NCBI GenBank assembly: GCA_965218975.1
Contig: OZ244717.1
Coordinates: 192,001 to 256,000 of the forward strand
Direction: 5' to 3'
DNA: 64,000 nucleotides
Source: Candidatus Oxydemutatoraceae bacterium
Lineage (GTDB): Bacteria > Pseudomonadota > Gammaproteobacteria > Poriferisulfidales > Oxydemutatoraceae
Shown: positions 1 through 12,770 of the stretch, one piece after another
How positions within the stretch are numbered: position 1 is the first letter of the stretch
Layout: every line of letters begins with the position of its first letter
Notes under the pieces: generated by a model
Database searches by the model: none
The model's input: the letters and a program-made list of their open reading frames with translations, nothing else
What the model was told of the DNA's origin: nothing
Translations under genes and position numbers: made by a program

Positions 1-1
1 C

Positions 2-634
2 ACCGGCACTGCCGGACAAAGCTTCGGAGTATGGAATGCCGGAGGCGTACTACTTGATCTTGAAGGTGATGCAAATGATTATGTAGGGAAAGGGATGGCA
101 GGCGGAGAAATTGTTATTTATCCCCCTCCTCCGCTTGCATCGCAAAGTAACCGAATGCCTATTATCGGCAATACGTGCTTGTATGGCGCAACCGGAGGTA
201 AGTTATTTGCCGCCGGGCGAGCAGGTGAACGATTTGCAGTACGTAACTCGGGGGCAATCGCGATTGTTGAAGGTGTCGGCGAACATGGCTGCGAATACAT
301 GACAGGCGGCGTGGTCGCCGTCTTAGGGGACACCGGGGCAAACTTTGGCGCCGGCATGACGGGCGGATTTGCCTTTGTTTTGGATCAAAAAAATACTTTT
401 AGCGACTTATATAATCATGCACTGGTTGAAACATACAGACTTGACGCTGAAGCGATGGATGTTCAGCGGAAATATTTGCACAATTTAATCGTTGATTACT
501 GCGAAAAAACTCATAGCCCATGGGGAAAGGAAATCCTCAATAATTTTTCGAGATATTTGTCAATGTTCTGGTTAGTTAAGCCTAAAGCGGCGGAACTCGG
601 CGCATTGATCCGTAACTTGCGCGCCGCCGCTTAA
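2..634 (+). CDS. gltB: Glutamate synthase large subunit, C-terminal part (5' end outside window)
   Basis: Frame is open from the window edge: TGTAGQSFG...[15 protein letters not shown]...[13 protein letters not shown]...[12 protein letters not shown]...HGCEYMTGG (GXGXG domain). Confidence 0.95.
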   Translation, partial: TGTAGQSFGVWNAGGVLLDLEGDANDYVGKGMAGGEIVIYPPPPLASQSNRMPIIGNTCLYGATGGKLFAAGRAGERFAVRNSGAIAIVEGVGEHGCEYMTGGVVAVLGDTGANFGAGMTGGFAFVLDQKNTFSDLYNHALVETYRLDAEAMDVQRKYLHNLIVDYCEKTHSPWGKEILNNFSRYLSMFWLVKPKAAELGALIRNLRAAA

Positions 635-637
635 TGA

Positions 638-2362
638 ATGGCAGGCTATATCCCTCAGGAGTTTATTCAAACCCTGCTCGCTCGCACCGATATCGTCGAA
701 ATAATTCAAGAGGTTGTGCCGCTGAAAAGAAAAGGCATGAATTTTAGCACCTGCTGTCCATTCCACGACGAAAAAACCCCTTCATTTATCGTTAAACAAG
801 ATAAACAATTTTATCACTGCTTCGGCTGCGGAGCTAACGGCACCGCAATCAGCTTTCTAATGCAGTATTCACGGATGGATTTTATTGAGGCAGTAGAAAA
901 ACTAGCACAACTAGCAGGGTTGCAAATTCCTTATGGAAGCAATGGGACGAAAGATAGCCCGGCGCTGCATAAAAAACTCATACAAGTAATGGAAACCGCC
1001 GCAAACTTTTTTCATGAAAATTTATATGAAACCTCAATTAGCATCGAATACCTAAAACGACGCGGGATTAAAAAGAAAATAGCTAAAAGATTTAAAATCG
1101 GCTATGCTCCGCCCGGCTACGACAATATCAAATCCTTGTTCAAAAAGGATTATGATGAAGAATTACTATCACGTGCCGGACTGCTTACAGCAAAAGACAA
1201 CCGGCATTACGCACGTTTCAGAAATCGGCTGATTTTTCCGATCCGTAACCCACGCGGACAAACGATCGCTTTCGGCGGACGAGTTTTAGCAGATAGTGAG
1301 CAACCGAAATATTTAAATTCACCGGAAACGCCTATCTTTCGAAAACGTCGCACCCTATATGGAGTACATGAGTTGCGCCATGTTAAAAAACTTGAACATA
1401 TTCTTGTTGTAGAAGGGTACATGGATACGGTTGCACTCGCTCAGCACGGAATTGAAAATGTTGCGGCGACACTTGGCACGGCAATTACTTCGGAACACGC
1501 TCGACAGTTACTGCGTACTTGCAACGTGTTGAAATTTTGTTTTGATGGTGACGCGGCAGGATACAAAGCAGCAATTGACGCAATGCAGCAAGTATTACCC
1601 GTTTTCAAGGACGGATATGATATTCGATTTACATTACTTCCCGAAGGGGAAGACCCTGATAGCCTGATTACAAAGCAGGGTCGTGAAGCATTCGAAGCTC
1701 TGACACAGAAAGCAATCCCTTTGTCTAATTTTTTGTTCCGGCATCTTACTAAAGACTCAGATTTAACCAGTCCCGAAGGACGCGCTTCTTTCGGCGCACA
1801 TGCTCGCCCAATGCTTGCAAAAGTGCCTAACGGAACTTTCCGGGATTTATTAATAGAAGATTTAGCAATGCGCTCAGGGCTTAGTACGGAACACTTAAAA
1901 TTCGCCCCCAATACAATACCGACTTTACATAAAGCCCTTTCGCACCGACTTAAACGCCGCTATTCAGCTACTCGAGTCAGTGCCGCATTACTTACCGGCA
2001 ACCCGGAATTAGTTCATAAAGCCCTACCAGGAGATAAAATCCGTCAGTTGAGTCAACCCGACAGTTTAATACTTGCCGATTTAATTGATGCTATCAGGAC
2101 ACATCAGGTAACTACTACCGCTGCATTACTTGAGCTATATCGGGACCACAAATATCAATCGATTATCAGCGAACTGGCAACTTGGCCTCCCCCTCCCAAA
2201 GACCATATTGAATTTGAACATTGTATGGAACATTTAGAAAAGTCGCTGGACAAACAACGTGAAGAACTGTTGATTGAAAAAGCAGGCAGGGGGGAACTAG
2301 CAGCAGATGAAAAAGCGGAGCTGCAAACTCTACAAAAGGCTAATAAAGCGATGCAGAAATAA
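638..2362 (+). CDS. dnaG: DNA primase
   Basis: CHC2 zinc finger (CPFHDEKTPSF...CFGC), KYLNSPET, TOPRIM motifs VEGYMD and FDGD. Confidence 0.98.
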   Translation: MAGYIPQEFIQTLLARTDIVEIIQEVVPLKRKGMNFSTCCPFHDEKTPSFIVKQDKQFYHCFGCGANGTAISFLMQYSRMDFIEAVEKLAQLAGLQIPYGSNGTKDSPALHKKLIQVMETAANFFHENLYETSISIEYLKRRGIKKKIAKRFKIGYAPPGYDNIKSLFKKDYDEELLSRAGLLTAKDNRHYARFRNRLIFPIRNPRGQTIAFGGRVLADSEQPKYLNSPETPIFRKRRTLYGVHELRHVKKLEHILVVEGYMDTVALAQHGIENVAATLGTAITSEHARQLLRTCNVLKFCFDGDAAGYKAAIDAMQQVLPVFKDGYDIRFTLLPEGEDPDSLITKQGREAFEALTQKAIPLSNFLFRHLTKDSDLTSPEGRASFGAHARPMLAKVPNGTFRDLLIEDLAMRSGLSTEHLKFAPNTIPTLHKALSHRLKRRYSATRVSAALLTGNPELVHKALPGDKIRQLSQPDSLILADLIDAIRTHQVTTTAALLELYRDHKYQSIISELATWPPPPKDHIEFEHCMEHLEKSLDKQREELLIEKAGRGELAADEKAELQTLQKANKAMQK

Positions 2363-2456
2363 TTCTGCTTGGAACATGTATGTATGTATGTACAGTATTT
2401 AAGGATGGGAGATGTTATCATGTGCAGTTTTGAATACCTTGCCTAGGTGAACGTTC

Positions 2457-4250
2457 ATGGTAAATGCCGCACAACAATCTCAAATTAAAGAACTCATTAC
2501 CAAAGGTAAAGAAAAAGGTTTTCTGACACATGTTGAAATCAATGATCATCTACCCCACGAAATCGTCGATCAGGAACAAATAGAAAGTATCATCGGCATG
2601 TTCAATGATATGGGAATTGTTGTTTTTGAAAAAACACCAAGTGAAAGTGAACTACTGCTCGTTAAAAAAGAAGTCTCTACGGAAGACGCTGAAGAAGCTG
2701 CCACCGTGCTCGCAAATGCTGAAATCGGTCGCACTACCGACCCGGTCAGAATGTATATGCGTGAGATGGGATCCATCAGTCTACTTGATAGAAAAGGCGA
2801 AGTGCGTCTGGCAAAGTGTATTGAGATCGGCACAAAAGAAGTTTTACATGCCTTAGGACACTTTCCGCCCTGTATTGAAACACTGATAGATATTTATGAA
2901 AACGACCATCAAAAGAGCGGTAAGATAAAACTAACCGACATTTTTACCGGATTCCTTGACCCAAATGAAGAAGATGACGAAGATGACTTGCAACCGACCC
3001 AAGAAACGCAAGCAGAAAAAAATGAAAGACTGGAAATGCTCGGCCCTCATCAGGATGATGCTAAAAATTATTTCAAAGAACTGGCACAAAGCTATAAGAA
3101 AGTAAAACGCAAAGCGTCGCTTGCAAGCAGAAGAGGCTTCGATAAAGCGCTTGATGAGATGGCAACCCTTTTTATGGAATTGAAGTTAACGCTTCCAGTT
3201 GTCAATCTGCTCGGTCCAAAGCTTAGCGACACATTATTTGCGGTCCGCACTCACGAGCGAGTTCTAATTGATATTTGCGTCAACCGAGCACATATGCCGC
3301 GTAAATATTTCATTACTAATTTCAAAGGGGAAGAAACTAACCCTCAGTGGTGGAAAAAACACACAGCATCGCGCACAAGGTACGCTAGAGGGTTAAAACC
3401 TCACCGCGAAGAGTTTTTTAAAATGCAGACAAAACTTCGTTCAATCGAAAAAAAAACTTGCCTGCTAATTTCGCAAATCAAACAAATCGGCCGGCAAGTT
3501 TCCACCGGAAAAGCTAAAGCAAGACGTGCCAAAAAAGAGATGGTTGAGGCTAATCTCAGATTGGTTATTTCAATTGCGAAAAAATACACTAATCGCGGTT
3601 TGCAGTTTCTTGACTTGATTCAGGAAGGAAATATCGGTTTGATGAAAGCAGTCGACAAGTTTGAGTACCGCCGCGGATACAAATTCTCCACCTACGCAAC
3701 ATGGTGGATTAGGCAGGCTATCACCCGTTCTATTGCCGATCAAGCACGCACTATAAGAATTCCTGTCCATATGATTGAGACCATCAATAAGCTCAACCGA
3801 GTTTCAAGCCAGATTGTGCAAGAAAAAGGACGCGAACCAAAAATAGACGAACTAGCGGAAAGAATGGACGTGCCAAAAGATAAGATTTATAAAGTAATGA
3901 AAGTTGCGAAAGAACCCATTTCGATGGAAACGCCGGTAGGCGATGATGAAGATTCTAGTTTAAGCGATTTTATTGAAGATGAAACTATCAGCTCTCCGGA
4001 TGAAGAAGCGACTATGGAAAATCTGAAGCAAGCATCCGCCGAACTGCTTGCATCGTTGTCTCCACGCGAAGCAAAAGTTTTGAGGATGAGATTTGGCATT
4101 GATATGAATGCCGATCATACTTTAGAGGAAGTCGGCAAACAGTTTGATGTAACGCGCGAGCGTATTCGTCAAATTGAAGCAAAAGCGCTAAGAAAATTGC
4201 GTCTCCCTACCCGCACTGAGAAACTTAAAGGCTTTCTAACAGAAAATTAA
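2457..4250 (+). CDS. rpoD: RNA polymerase primary sigma factor sigma-70
   Basis: [65 protein letters not shown]; lies downstream of dnaG. Confidence 0.99.
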   Translation: MVNAAQQSQIKELITKGKEKGFLTHVEINDHLPHEIVDQEQIESIIGMFNDMGIVVFEKTPSESELLLVKKEVSTEDAEEAATVLANAEIGRTTDPVRMYMREMGSISLLDRKGEVRLAKCIEIGTKEVLHALGHFPPCIETLIDIYENDHQKSGKIKLTDIFTGFLDPNEEDDEDDLQPTQETQAEKNERLEMLGPHQDDAKNYFKELAQSYKKVKRKASLASRRGFDKALDEMATLFMELKLTLPVVNLLGPKLSDTLFAVRTHERVLIDICVNRAHMPRKYFITNFKGEETNPQWWKKHTASRTRYARGLKPHREEFFKMQTKLRSIEKKTCLLISQIKQIGRQVSTGKAKARRAKKEMVEANLRLVISIAKKYTNRGLQFLDLIQEGNIGLMKAVDKFEYRRGYKFSTYATWWIRQAITRSIADQARTIRIPVHMIETINKLNRVSSQIVQEKGREPKIDELAERMDVPKDKIYKVMKVAKEPISMETPVGDDEDSSLSDFIEDETISSPDEEATMENLKQASAELLASLSPREAKVLRMRFGIDMNADHTLEEVGKQFDVTRERIRQIEAKALRKLRLPTRTEKLKGFLTEN

Positions 4251-4281
4251 GATTTTCACACCATACAATCCGGACTTTTAT

Positions 4282-4358
4282 GGGCCTGTAGCTCAGTCGG
4301 TCAGAGCAGGGGACTCATAATCCTTTGGTCGCAGGTTCGAATCCTGCCGGGCCCACCA
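4282..4358 (+). tRNA. tRNA with CAT anticodon, most likely tRNA-Ile2 (lysidine-modified)
   Basis: GGGCCTGTAGCTCAGTCGGTCAGAGCAGGGGACTCATAATCCTTTGGTCGCAGGTTCGAATCCTGCCGGGCCCACCA: cloverleaf, T-loop GTTCGAATC, encoded CCA. Position after rpoD matches ileX. Confidence 0.93.
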
Positions 4359-4432
4359 TATTTATCAATAAGATACAAATTAACTGTTTTCAATCCTTGT
4401 GTCATTCGGTACACCTGCACTGGAATTGATGC

Positions 4433-5471
4433 ATGGCAACCATAACAAAAACCCCTTCGAACACTTGGAAAGCGATCATCCGCAAGCGTGGCTGGCCGAC
4501 CACGATAAAGACGTTCCGCACCAAGCGCGATGCCCGGACTGGGCGCGTCGCACCGAGGATGACATGGTGCGCTGCGTATACATCAACCGTGCCGGTTCGG
4601 ACCGTATTCTGCTGAAACATGCACTGGACCGTTACCTGAGCGAAGTCTCCTCCACCAAGTGCGAGAACACGGCGAATGTCGAGCGACACAAAGCCAAGGC
4701 GCTGAAAGCGAGCTTGGAGGTCTACAGCCTAGCGGCCATTACTCCGGACCTGATCGCCCGGTACCGGGATCAACGCCTGGAGGCCAGCAAGGCCGCCAAC
4801 ACAGTGCGCCTGGAACTGTCCTTGCCCTCGCATCTTTTCACCATCGCCATTAAGGAATGGCGGGTGGGGCTTTTCTATAATCCGGTAGCCAACGTCCGCA
4901 AGCTGGCACCGGCGAAGGGCCGGGATCAAAGGTTACGCACGGATGAGGAACAATCCCTGCTCAGGGCCCTGTGACCAGCACTCCAACCCCATGCTTGGCT
5001 GGCGGCCCGGATTGCCCTGTACACCGGTATGCGGGCCGGGGAGATCAAGTCCTTGACCCGACAGCAGGTGGATTTGCAAAAGCCACCGTGCACCTGACTG
5101 AGACCAAGAACGGCTCTGCGAGAACTGTCCCCCTCACCCGCAAGGCCACGGATGTTTTTCATACGGCACTCAGTCATCCCGTGCGCCATTTCGATACGGA
5201 CCTCATCTTCTTTGGCGAACCCGGACGAGACGGCACACGCCGTCCCTATGAATTTCGTCCCGCCTGGGCCCGCACCCTGAAAAGGGCCGGCATCAAAGGC
5301 CTGCGCTTTCATGATCTTCGCCACGAGGCGGTCTCGCGCCTGGTCGAGGCGGGCCTTGGTGATCAGGAGGTCTCTGCAATCTCCGGCCACAAATCCATGC
5401 AGATGCTCAAGCGCTATACGCATCTGCGTGCGGAGGACCTGGTGGGGCGCCTGGATCAATTAATGGGTTGA
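4433..5471 (+). pseudogene. Tyrosine recombinase/integrase, multiply frameshifted
   Basis: N-terminus MATITKTPSNTWKAIIRKRGWP, then TGMRAGEI, TKNG, FHDLRHEA, ISGHKS and RYTH spread over different frames. Confidence 0.9.
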
Positions 5472-5634
5472 ACAAACACCCGCCACAGTCCGCCTCCCTA
5501 GTCAAGCGTAAACCCTGACACGAAGGGTTTTGGTTTTAAAAAAACCACGACACGGCTTGAATGGATTCACGCTGGTTCACCCATCAAACATTGTGCGACC
5601 TTGTGCCTTTAAACCCCGTACAAGGAGAGCACAG

Positions 5635-5898
5635 ATGATGCAAGTTAGCGAAAGTCCCGGCACCCTCGCGCTGGAAGGTCAACTGACCGAACGTTTTGGC
5701 CTGTTGATGTCACAAACGCAACTGTCCACCTTGCTGGGGCGCTCGACCGGGGGCCTGCGTTACAGCCTGAGCTATCCGAGTGACCGGCAGACAAGGGCAT
5801 TAAAGGCCTGCGGGCGCAACATCGGGCGACGGGTGTATTATCCCGGCTGCGGAGGTGGCAAGGATCATTCTCGATCGCAACCAGGACTGATCCGTTAA
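5635..5898 (+). CDS. Small DNA-binding (excisionase-like) protein, possibly frameshifted at the 3' end
   Basis: RBS AAGGAG before ATG; FGLLMSQTQLSTLLGRS...GRRVYY resembles small HTH proteins of mobile elements. Confidence 0.5.
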   Translation: MMQVSESPGTLALEGQLTERFGLLMSQTQLSTLLGRSTGGLRYSLSYPSDRQTRALKACGRNIGRRVYYPGCGGGKDHSRSQPGLIR

Positions 5899-5919
5899 CG
5901 CTCTTCGTAAACCAAAGCT

Positions 5920-6557
5920 GTGAGCGTTACCGCCAGGGACCGGGCCCTGCGCCAGGGCCTCAGGCCGATCCCCGGGTTTGTCCTGGCGGTACTGGCCGAT
6001 GCCGCCAATGAGAAGAATACCTGCTGGCCGCGTACATCCACCCTTGCAGACAGGGCTGTCACCCCCTCCCGACGCCTGTGTCAAGGGGGTGGTGACACAG
6101 GGGTCACCCCTTTAACCACCAGAAGAACACAAAGAGAACCACCACCACGTGAAACAAAAGCTGAACCTGAACTTGAACTGCCAGACCGTGGGGGTGGGAA
6201 TATTTGTGATTTGCATTACCCCAAAGACCTGTTGTCACCCGAAAGGACCCGGGCACAAGTCATGATGGGTGCACTCGATCCACCGCTCGATCAGCAGGTG
6301 CTCAATGAGTGGGCCGGGATCATCCATGCCGGTGGCATCCGTGCCTCACCGCTTTTGGGTGCCTGCGTGCATTGATCCGGCGGGCACAAGAGGGCACGTT
6401 CACACCGGAGCGTGGCTTGCGGGTGGGCGAGGCTCGCAAGGTACGACAGCAAATCACGGCACAAGTGGCGGCATTACCCAAACCGGGCCCTGCCGATGAA
6501 AACAACCCGCTTGTGCGCCGAGTGCTGGAGATCGCACAGCGCTCATGCAGGAAGTAG
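5920..6557 (+). pseudogene. Remnant of an HTH/replication-type protein of the integrative element
   Basis: VLAVLADAANEKNTCWP.TSTLA resembles phage replication HTH N-termini. The C-terminal part continues in another frame (6309-6557). Confidence 0.45.
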
Positions 6558-7308
6558 CCCTGGTTCCATGCAAACACTACAACAGGCCTGTGCGACAGGC
6601 CCATGTCCGGTGAACGACCTGACGAGCGAACCTTGGGATCAAGGTGCACAACGAAAGGGCTGAGCAGGAAAAGCGTGCTCACCGCCCGGGTCATCTTGGT
6701 GCAGGAAAGCCGGTTGGGACCGATGAGCCGTAACAACACCGCAAAGCACTGGCCCGGGCGAAGATCCCGGCGGTGCGCGACGTATCGTTTCGCCTGGAAC
6801 CCGGCCAGACACGCCTTGCAGACACGCCTTGCGGGCAGGCCAGAAGGCACAACTCACCGAACGCATCGGCCAGACGCGCAAGCAGATCGCGGGGCCTGGC
6901 GCACAGGCCGGGTCCGTGAAACGGCAAAACGGCTTCATTGCCCGCGAGCTTGCGGCCCATCGCGAACTGTTTGCAAGGGCTTGCCCGACTACTTCCCGCG
7001 CTCCCTGCACGAGAAATGACGGAATAGGCAGGATGCCCCGTGCGATGCAGACAACAGGCTTTCGTATTGCAACCGCTTCCCGATGCCTTGCTTGAGCAGG
7101 CGGTTACAGTGTAACCACCCGCCCTATGTCCGGCGCAACCGGTTTCGCACTTGCCTCACCAACGCTCGGTCCATCAAGCTCACAGACCTTGCCCGCCACA
7201 CGGTGCAGCGGTGGGTCCCTGTAGTTGGGCAAGTGGCTCTGCAAGCTTCGGATGGACGGCAGGTCAATGCCCGGTGAACGTCAGGCGAACTAGCGACCCC
7301 GCGCTCAT

Positions 7309-7349
7309 GGCCGTGTCACTACCAAGCAAAGCGCGGTAGTGACACGGCC
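7309..7349. repeat. Perfect 15-bp inverted repeat
   Basis: GGCCGTGTCACTACC-11 nt-GGTAGTGACACGGCC. Confidence 0.85.
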
Positions 7350-7883
7350 TGTACAGTGCCAGATACATGTGGGAATCACCCGTGATTGAGCAGTGGCTGA
7401 CCTATCCCAAGTGTCCAAAAATGAACGCGCACATTGAGCGCTTCAACCGTACCGTCCAAGAAGATTGTATCGATCACGCGGAAGACCTGCTATTCACTGA
7501 TACGGAAGCATTTGATGACCAGCTATGAAACCGTTTTGTGTTTGTTGCCGGATTTTCGGCGGATTGTGCCGGATTGTCGGCAAAGTGCCTGTCATCCATG
7601 ACGCGACTGGGTTCTGTCAACAAGCTCCAGCCCCGACGTCCTTGTCGGGTCGTTCACCGCTGAAAACCAATTGGTTTTCCGGGCGCGTCTCACCCATGAC
7701 GAGACTTGGTTCTGTCAATGAGCACCAGCCCCGACATCCCTGTTGGGTCGTTCACCGCTGAAAACCGATCGGTTTTCCGGGCGCGTCTCACCCGGCAACG
7801 GACAGAAAGCACCGACCCGAATGTTACTGCCGAACGCTTCCCCAGAAGCTCTTCAAGAATCCCATTTAGGGTGGCATCGTACA
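7350..7883 (+). mobile_element. Internally deleted IS481-like element with both ends and 2 copies of the 98-bp module
   Basis: Left end TGTACAGTGCCAGATACATGTGGGA; right end TCCCATTTAGGGTGGCATCGTACA; core fragment WLTYPKCPKMNAHIERFNRTVQED; modules at 7598-7695 and 7696-7793. Confidence 0.85.
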
Positions 7884-7991
7884 GTAAGTTGTAGGTTTCA
7901 TTGTTTGCTCGTATAATCTAGCATCCTAGTGAAAACCAGCAATGCTAATCGGAGCTACTTTAAATAAAAGGCCTAAAACGAGAAGAAACTC

Positions 7992-8300
7992 ATGTATGCA
8001 GTGATCGTTACCGGCGGGAAACAATACCGGGTCTGTAAAGGTGATGTCATCCGCGTCGAAAAACTACCTGTTGAAAATGCCTCAACAGTGAATTTCGATA
8101 AAGTGCTGATGATCAAAAATGAAGATCAATGTGAGATTGGCGCCCCTTATTTGGAAAATAACCGTGTCACCGGCAGAGTGATTACCCAAATGCGCGGCAA
8201 AAAAATTGATGGAATTAAATTCAAACGGCGCAAAAATTACTTGCGCCGTTACGGACACCGTCAGCATTATACGAGTGTTGAAATTACTGAAATCTGTTAA
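7992..8300 (+). CDS. rplU: 50S ribosomal protein L21
   Basis: MYAVIVTGGKQYRV...FKRRKNY...GHRQ.YT. Confidence 0.98.
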   Translation: MYAVIVTGGKQYRVCKGDVIRVEKLPVENASTVNFDKVLMIKNEDQCEIGAPYLENNRVTGRVITQMRGKKIDGIKFKRRKNYLRRYGHRQHYTSVEITEIC

Positions 8301-8315
8301 TTGAGATAAAGTCGG

Positions 8316-8573
8316 ATGGCACATAAAAAAGCAGGCGGCAGTACTCGGAACGGTCGTGACTCGCATTCTAAGCGGCTTGGGGTGAAAAAATACGGTAACG
8401 AACAGGTGCGTGCCGGTAATATCATTATTCGTCAACATGGTACCCGCTATCATCCCGGTGTAAATGTCGGTTGCGGTAGGGATTACACCTTATTTGCCAA
8501 AGTTGACGGATGCGTTCGATTTGAGCGCAAAGGCTCCCGTCAACGCTATTTTGTCAGCGTCCTCCCTAGATAA
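8316..8573 (+). CDS. rpmA: 50S ribosomal protein L27
   Basis: [23 protein letters not shown]. Confidence 0.98.
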   Translation: MAHKKAGGSTRNGRDSHSKRLGVKKYGNEQVRAGNIIIRQHGTRYHPGVNVGCGRDYTLFAKVDGCVRFERKGSRQRYFVSVLPR

Positions 8574-8587
8574 TATCTTCTATTTAA

Positions 8588-10796
<2,209 letters not shown>

Positions 10797-11000
10797 CTAA
10801 CAGCAATTGATAGATTACTTCCTAATCGTTTATAAAGTTGCCGGGAGCAATGCCTATACGATTGTTGAACTCTGTTGCCGAACAAGTCCCAAAAGAGTTA
10901 CTTGATCATTCTAAGAAAGAGCTGAAAAGCTTACACAAGCCGATGCTAAGCTTGCATTGACTTATTTTATGAAGATGTAATCGGCGCTCACCGACCAAAC

Positions 11001-11264
11001 TCAGGGCATATTCAGAATACGCCGATTTAAGTTGCGTTTATGTCGCGCCGCTTTGTTTTTATGTATGAGGCTTTTGCCGGCACCGCTATCAAGCAGGGAA
11101 CTTGCATTGCGGTATTTTTCACGGGCGCCTTCACGATCGCCGCTAGCAATGGCTTTTAGAACATTTTTCATTGCCGTGCGAATACGCGAGCGCAGACTAG
11201 CATTATGTAACCGCCGTTTCGCTTCTTGCCGGGCGCATTTGCGCGCCGAGGAAGTATTTGCCAT
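11001..11264 (-). CDS. rpsT: 30S ribosomal protein S20
   Basis: MANTSSARK.ARQ...RSRIRT...IHKNKAARHK. Confidence 0.97.
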   Translation of the reverse strand: MANTSSARKCARQEAKRRLHNASLRSRIRTAMKNVLKAIASGDREGAREKYRNASSLLDSGAGKSLIHKNKAARHKRNLNRRILNMP

Positions 11265-11340
11265 ATAAAGTTACCCGCTTACAAGTGGTGTGTAGATAAA
11301 GGACGTACTATGCAACCGTCTTGGATTAATGTCAAGTGAG

Positions 11341-12112
11341 TGTACGATGCCACCCTAAATGGGATTTTTGAAGGGCTTCGAGGGAAGCGTTCGGCAGTAA
11401 CATTCGGATCGGTGCTTTCTGTCCGTTACCGGCATGAGGACGGTGCAGGGTGAGACACGCCTGGAAAACCGACTGGTTTTCAGCGGCGAACGACCCGACA
11501 AGGACGTCGGGGCTGGGGCTCATTGACAGCACGAAGTTTCGTCATGAACGACATGCACTTTGCTAATAATCCAGCACAATCCGCCGACAACCCTGCACCA
11601 AACACAAAACGGGTGAGACGTGCCCGGAAAACCAATTGGTTTTCAGCGGCGAACGACCCAACAAGGACGTCGGGGCTGGGGTTCATTGACAGAACCAAGT
11701 CTCGTCATGGGTGAGACGCGCCCGGAAAACTACACAGTTTTCAGCGGGTTTTTCAGCGGCGAACGACCCGACAGGGACGTCGGGGCTGGGGCTTGTTGAC
11801 AGAACTAAGTCGCGTCATGGACGACAGGCACTTTGCCGACAACCCCGCACAATCCGCCGACAACCTCGCACAATCCGCCGACAACCCACCAACAAACACA
11901 GAACGGGGGAGACGCGCCCGGAAAACCAATTGGTTTTCAGCGGCGAACGACCCGACAAGGACGTCGGGGCTGGGGTTCATTGACAGAACCAAGTCTCGTC
12001 ATGGACGACAGGCACTTTGCCGACAACCCACCAACAAACACAGAACGCTTTCATCACCGGCCATTGAATGCTTCCATATCGGTGAATAGCAGGTTTTCTG
12101 CATAATCAATAT
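11341..12112 (-). mobile_element. IS481-like remnant (right end) with 4 copies of the 98-bp module
   Basis: TGTACGATGCCACCCTAAATGGGA at 11341; modules start at 11448, 11611, 11709 and 11905; transposase fragment runs to about 12110. Confidence 0.85.
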
Positions 12113-12116
12113 AACA

Positions 12117-12644
12117 TTGCACCTGTTGGCAGGGCTTGATTTGCCCGACGCCGGCACGATTATTGCCGATGGTGTCGTGATTGATGCTATGGACGAGAAT
12201 GCGCGTTGTTTATGGCGTCAGGAAAAACTCGGGTTTGTCTATCAGTTTTATCATCTGCCGGCAGAATTTTCTCTGCTCAAAAATGTAATGATGCCCGTTT
12301 GGATTGCCGGGACCCGGGACCCGGAAGTACGCAGCCGAGCGGTTGATTTATTACAGGCGGTAGACTTGGGCCGGCGGCTCAACCATAAGCCTGCCGAGTT
12401 ATCTGGCGGCGAACAACAACGTGTCGCAATCTGTCGCGCCTTAGTCACCAAACCCAAACTCGTACTCGCGGATGAACCGACAGGCAATCTTGACGTGCAC
12501 ACTGCCGCCTTTGTCGCAGATGTTCTGCTCAGGCTCAATCAACAGAAAGGGGCAACGCTTATTGTTGCGACTCACGATTTAGAGTTCGCGCAACGTTTTG
12601 ATGATGTCTATCGTTTGCGCGAAGGCGTGTTGAATCCGGTTTGA
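12117..12644 (+). pseudogene. lolD: LolD-like ABC ATPase, 5'-truncated (Walker A missing)
   Basis: LHLLAGLD...LGFVYQFYHL..EF...LSGGEQQRVAI.RAL...LADEPTGNLD. Sequence upstream of LHLL is IS-derived. Confidence 0.75.
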
Positions 12645-12770
12645 CCTTGTGTTGCGTGGGGTTGGTCGTCGGTTGTCAGGCAGTGTTTTCTCCGGATAAT
12701 AATACTTCCCGTAGCCGCGAGACAAAGCTCAATTCCTGCAGGAGCTTCCAAAGCAACCGAGACAAACCGA

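Larger units (their letters stand above)
4359..7349. mobile_element. Decayed integrative element (island/ICE/satellite remnant) at the tRNA 3' end
   Basis: Integrase directly after the tRNA, visibly GC-richer than the flanks, fragmented genes. Right side ends at an IS481-like end and no attR copy is seen. Confidence 0.75.

Noticed and set aside
4359-7349. Intact prophage
   Set aside because: No structural or packaging genes, and the integrase is broken.
7625-7695. Group II intron domain V/VI in the module
   Set aside because: AGC...GTT similarity only. Stem geometry, GNRA loop, AY terminus and GTGYG start are absent.
10850-10960. 36-aa ORF after proB with a weak RBS
   Set aside because: No recognisable motif and too short to support.
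11480-12105. Recurrent short ORFs (MVLSM..PDVLVGSFAAEN, MRRARKT, MKPFCVCC) here and at other IS sites
   Set aside because: These are translations of the repeat module with variable frames and stops; there is no evidence of coding.
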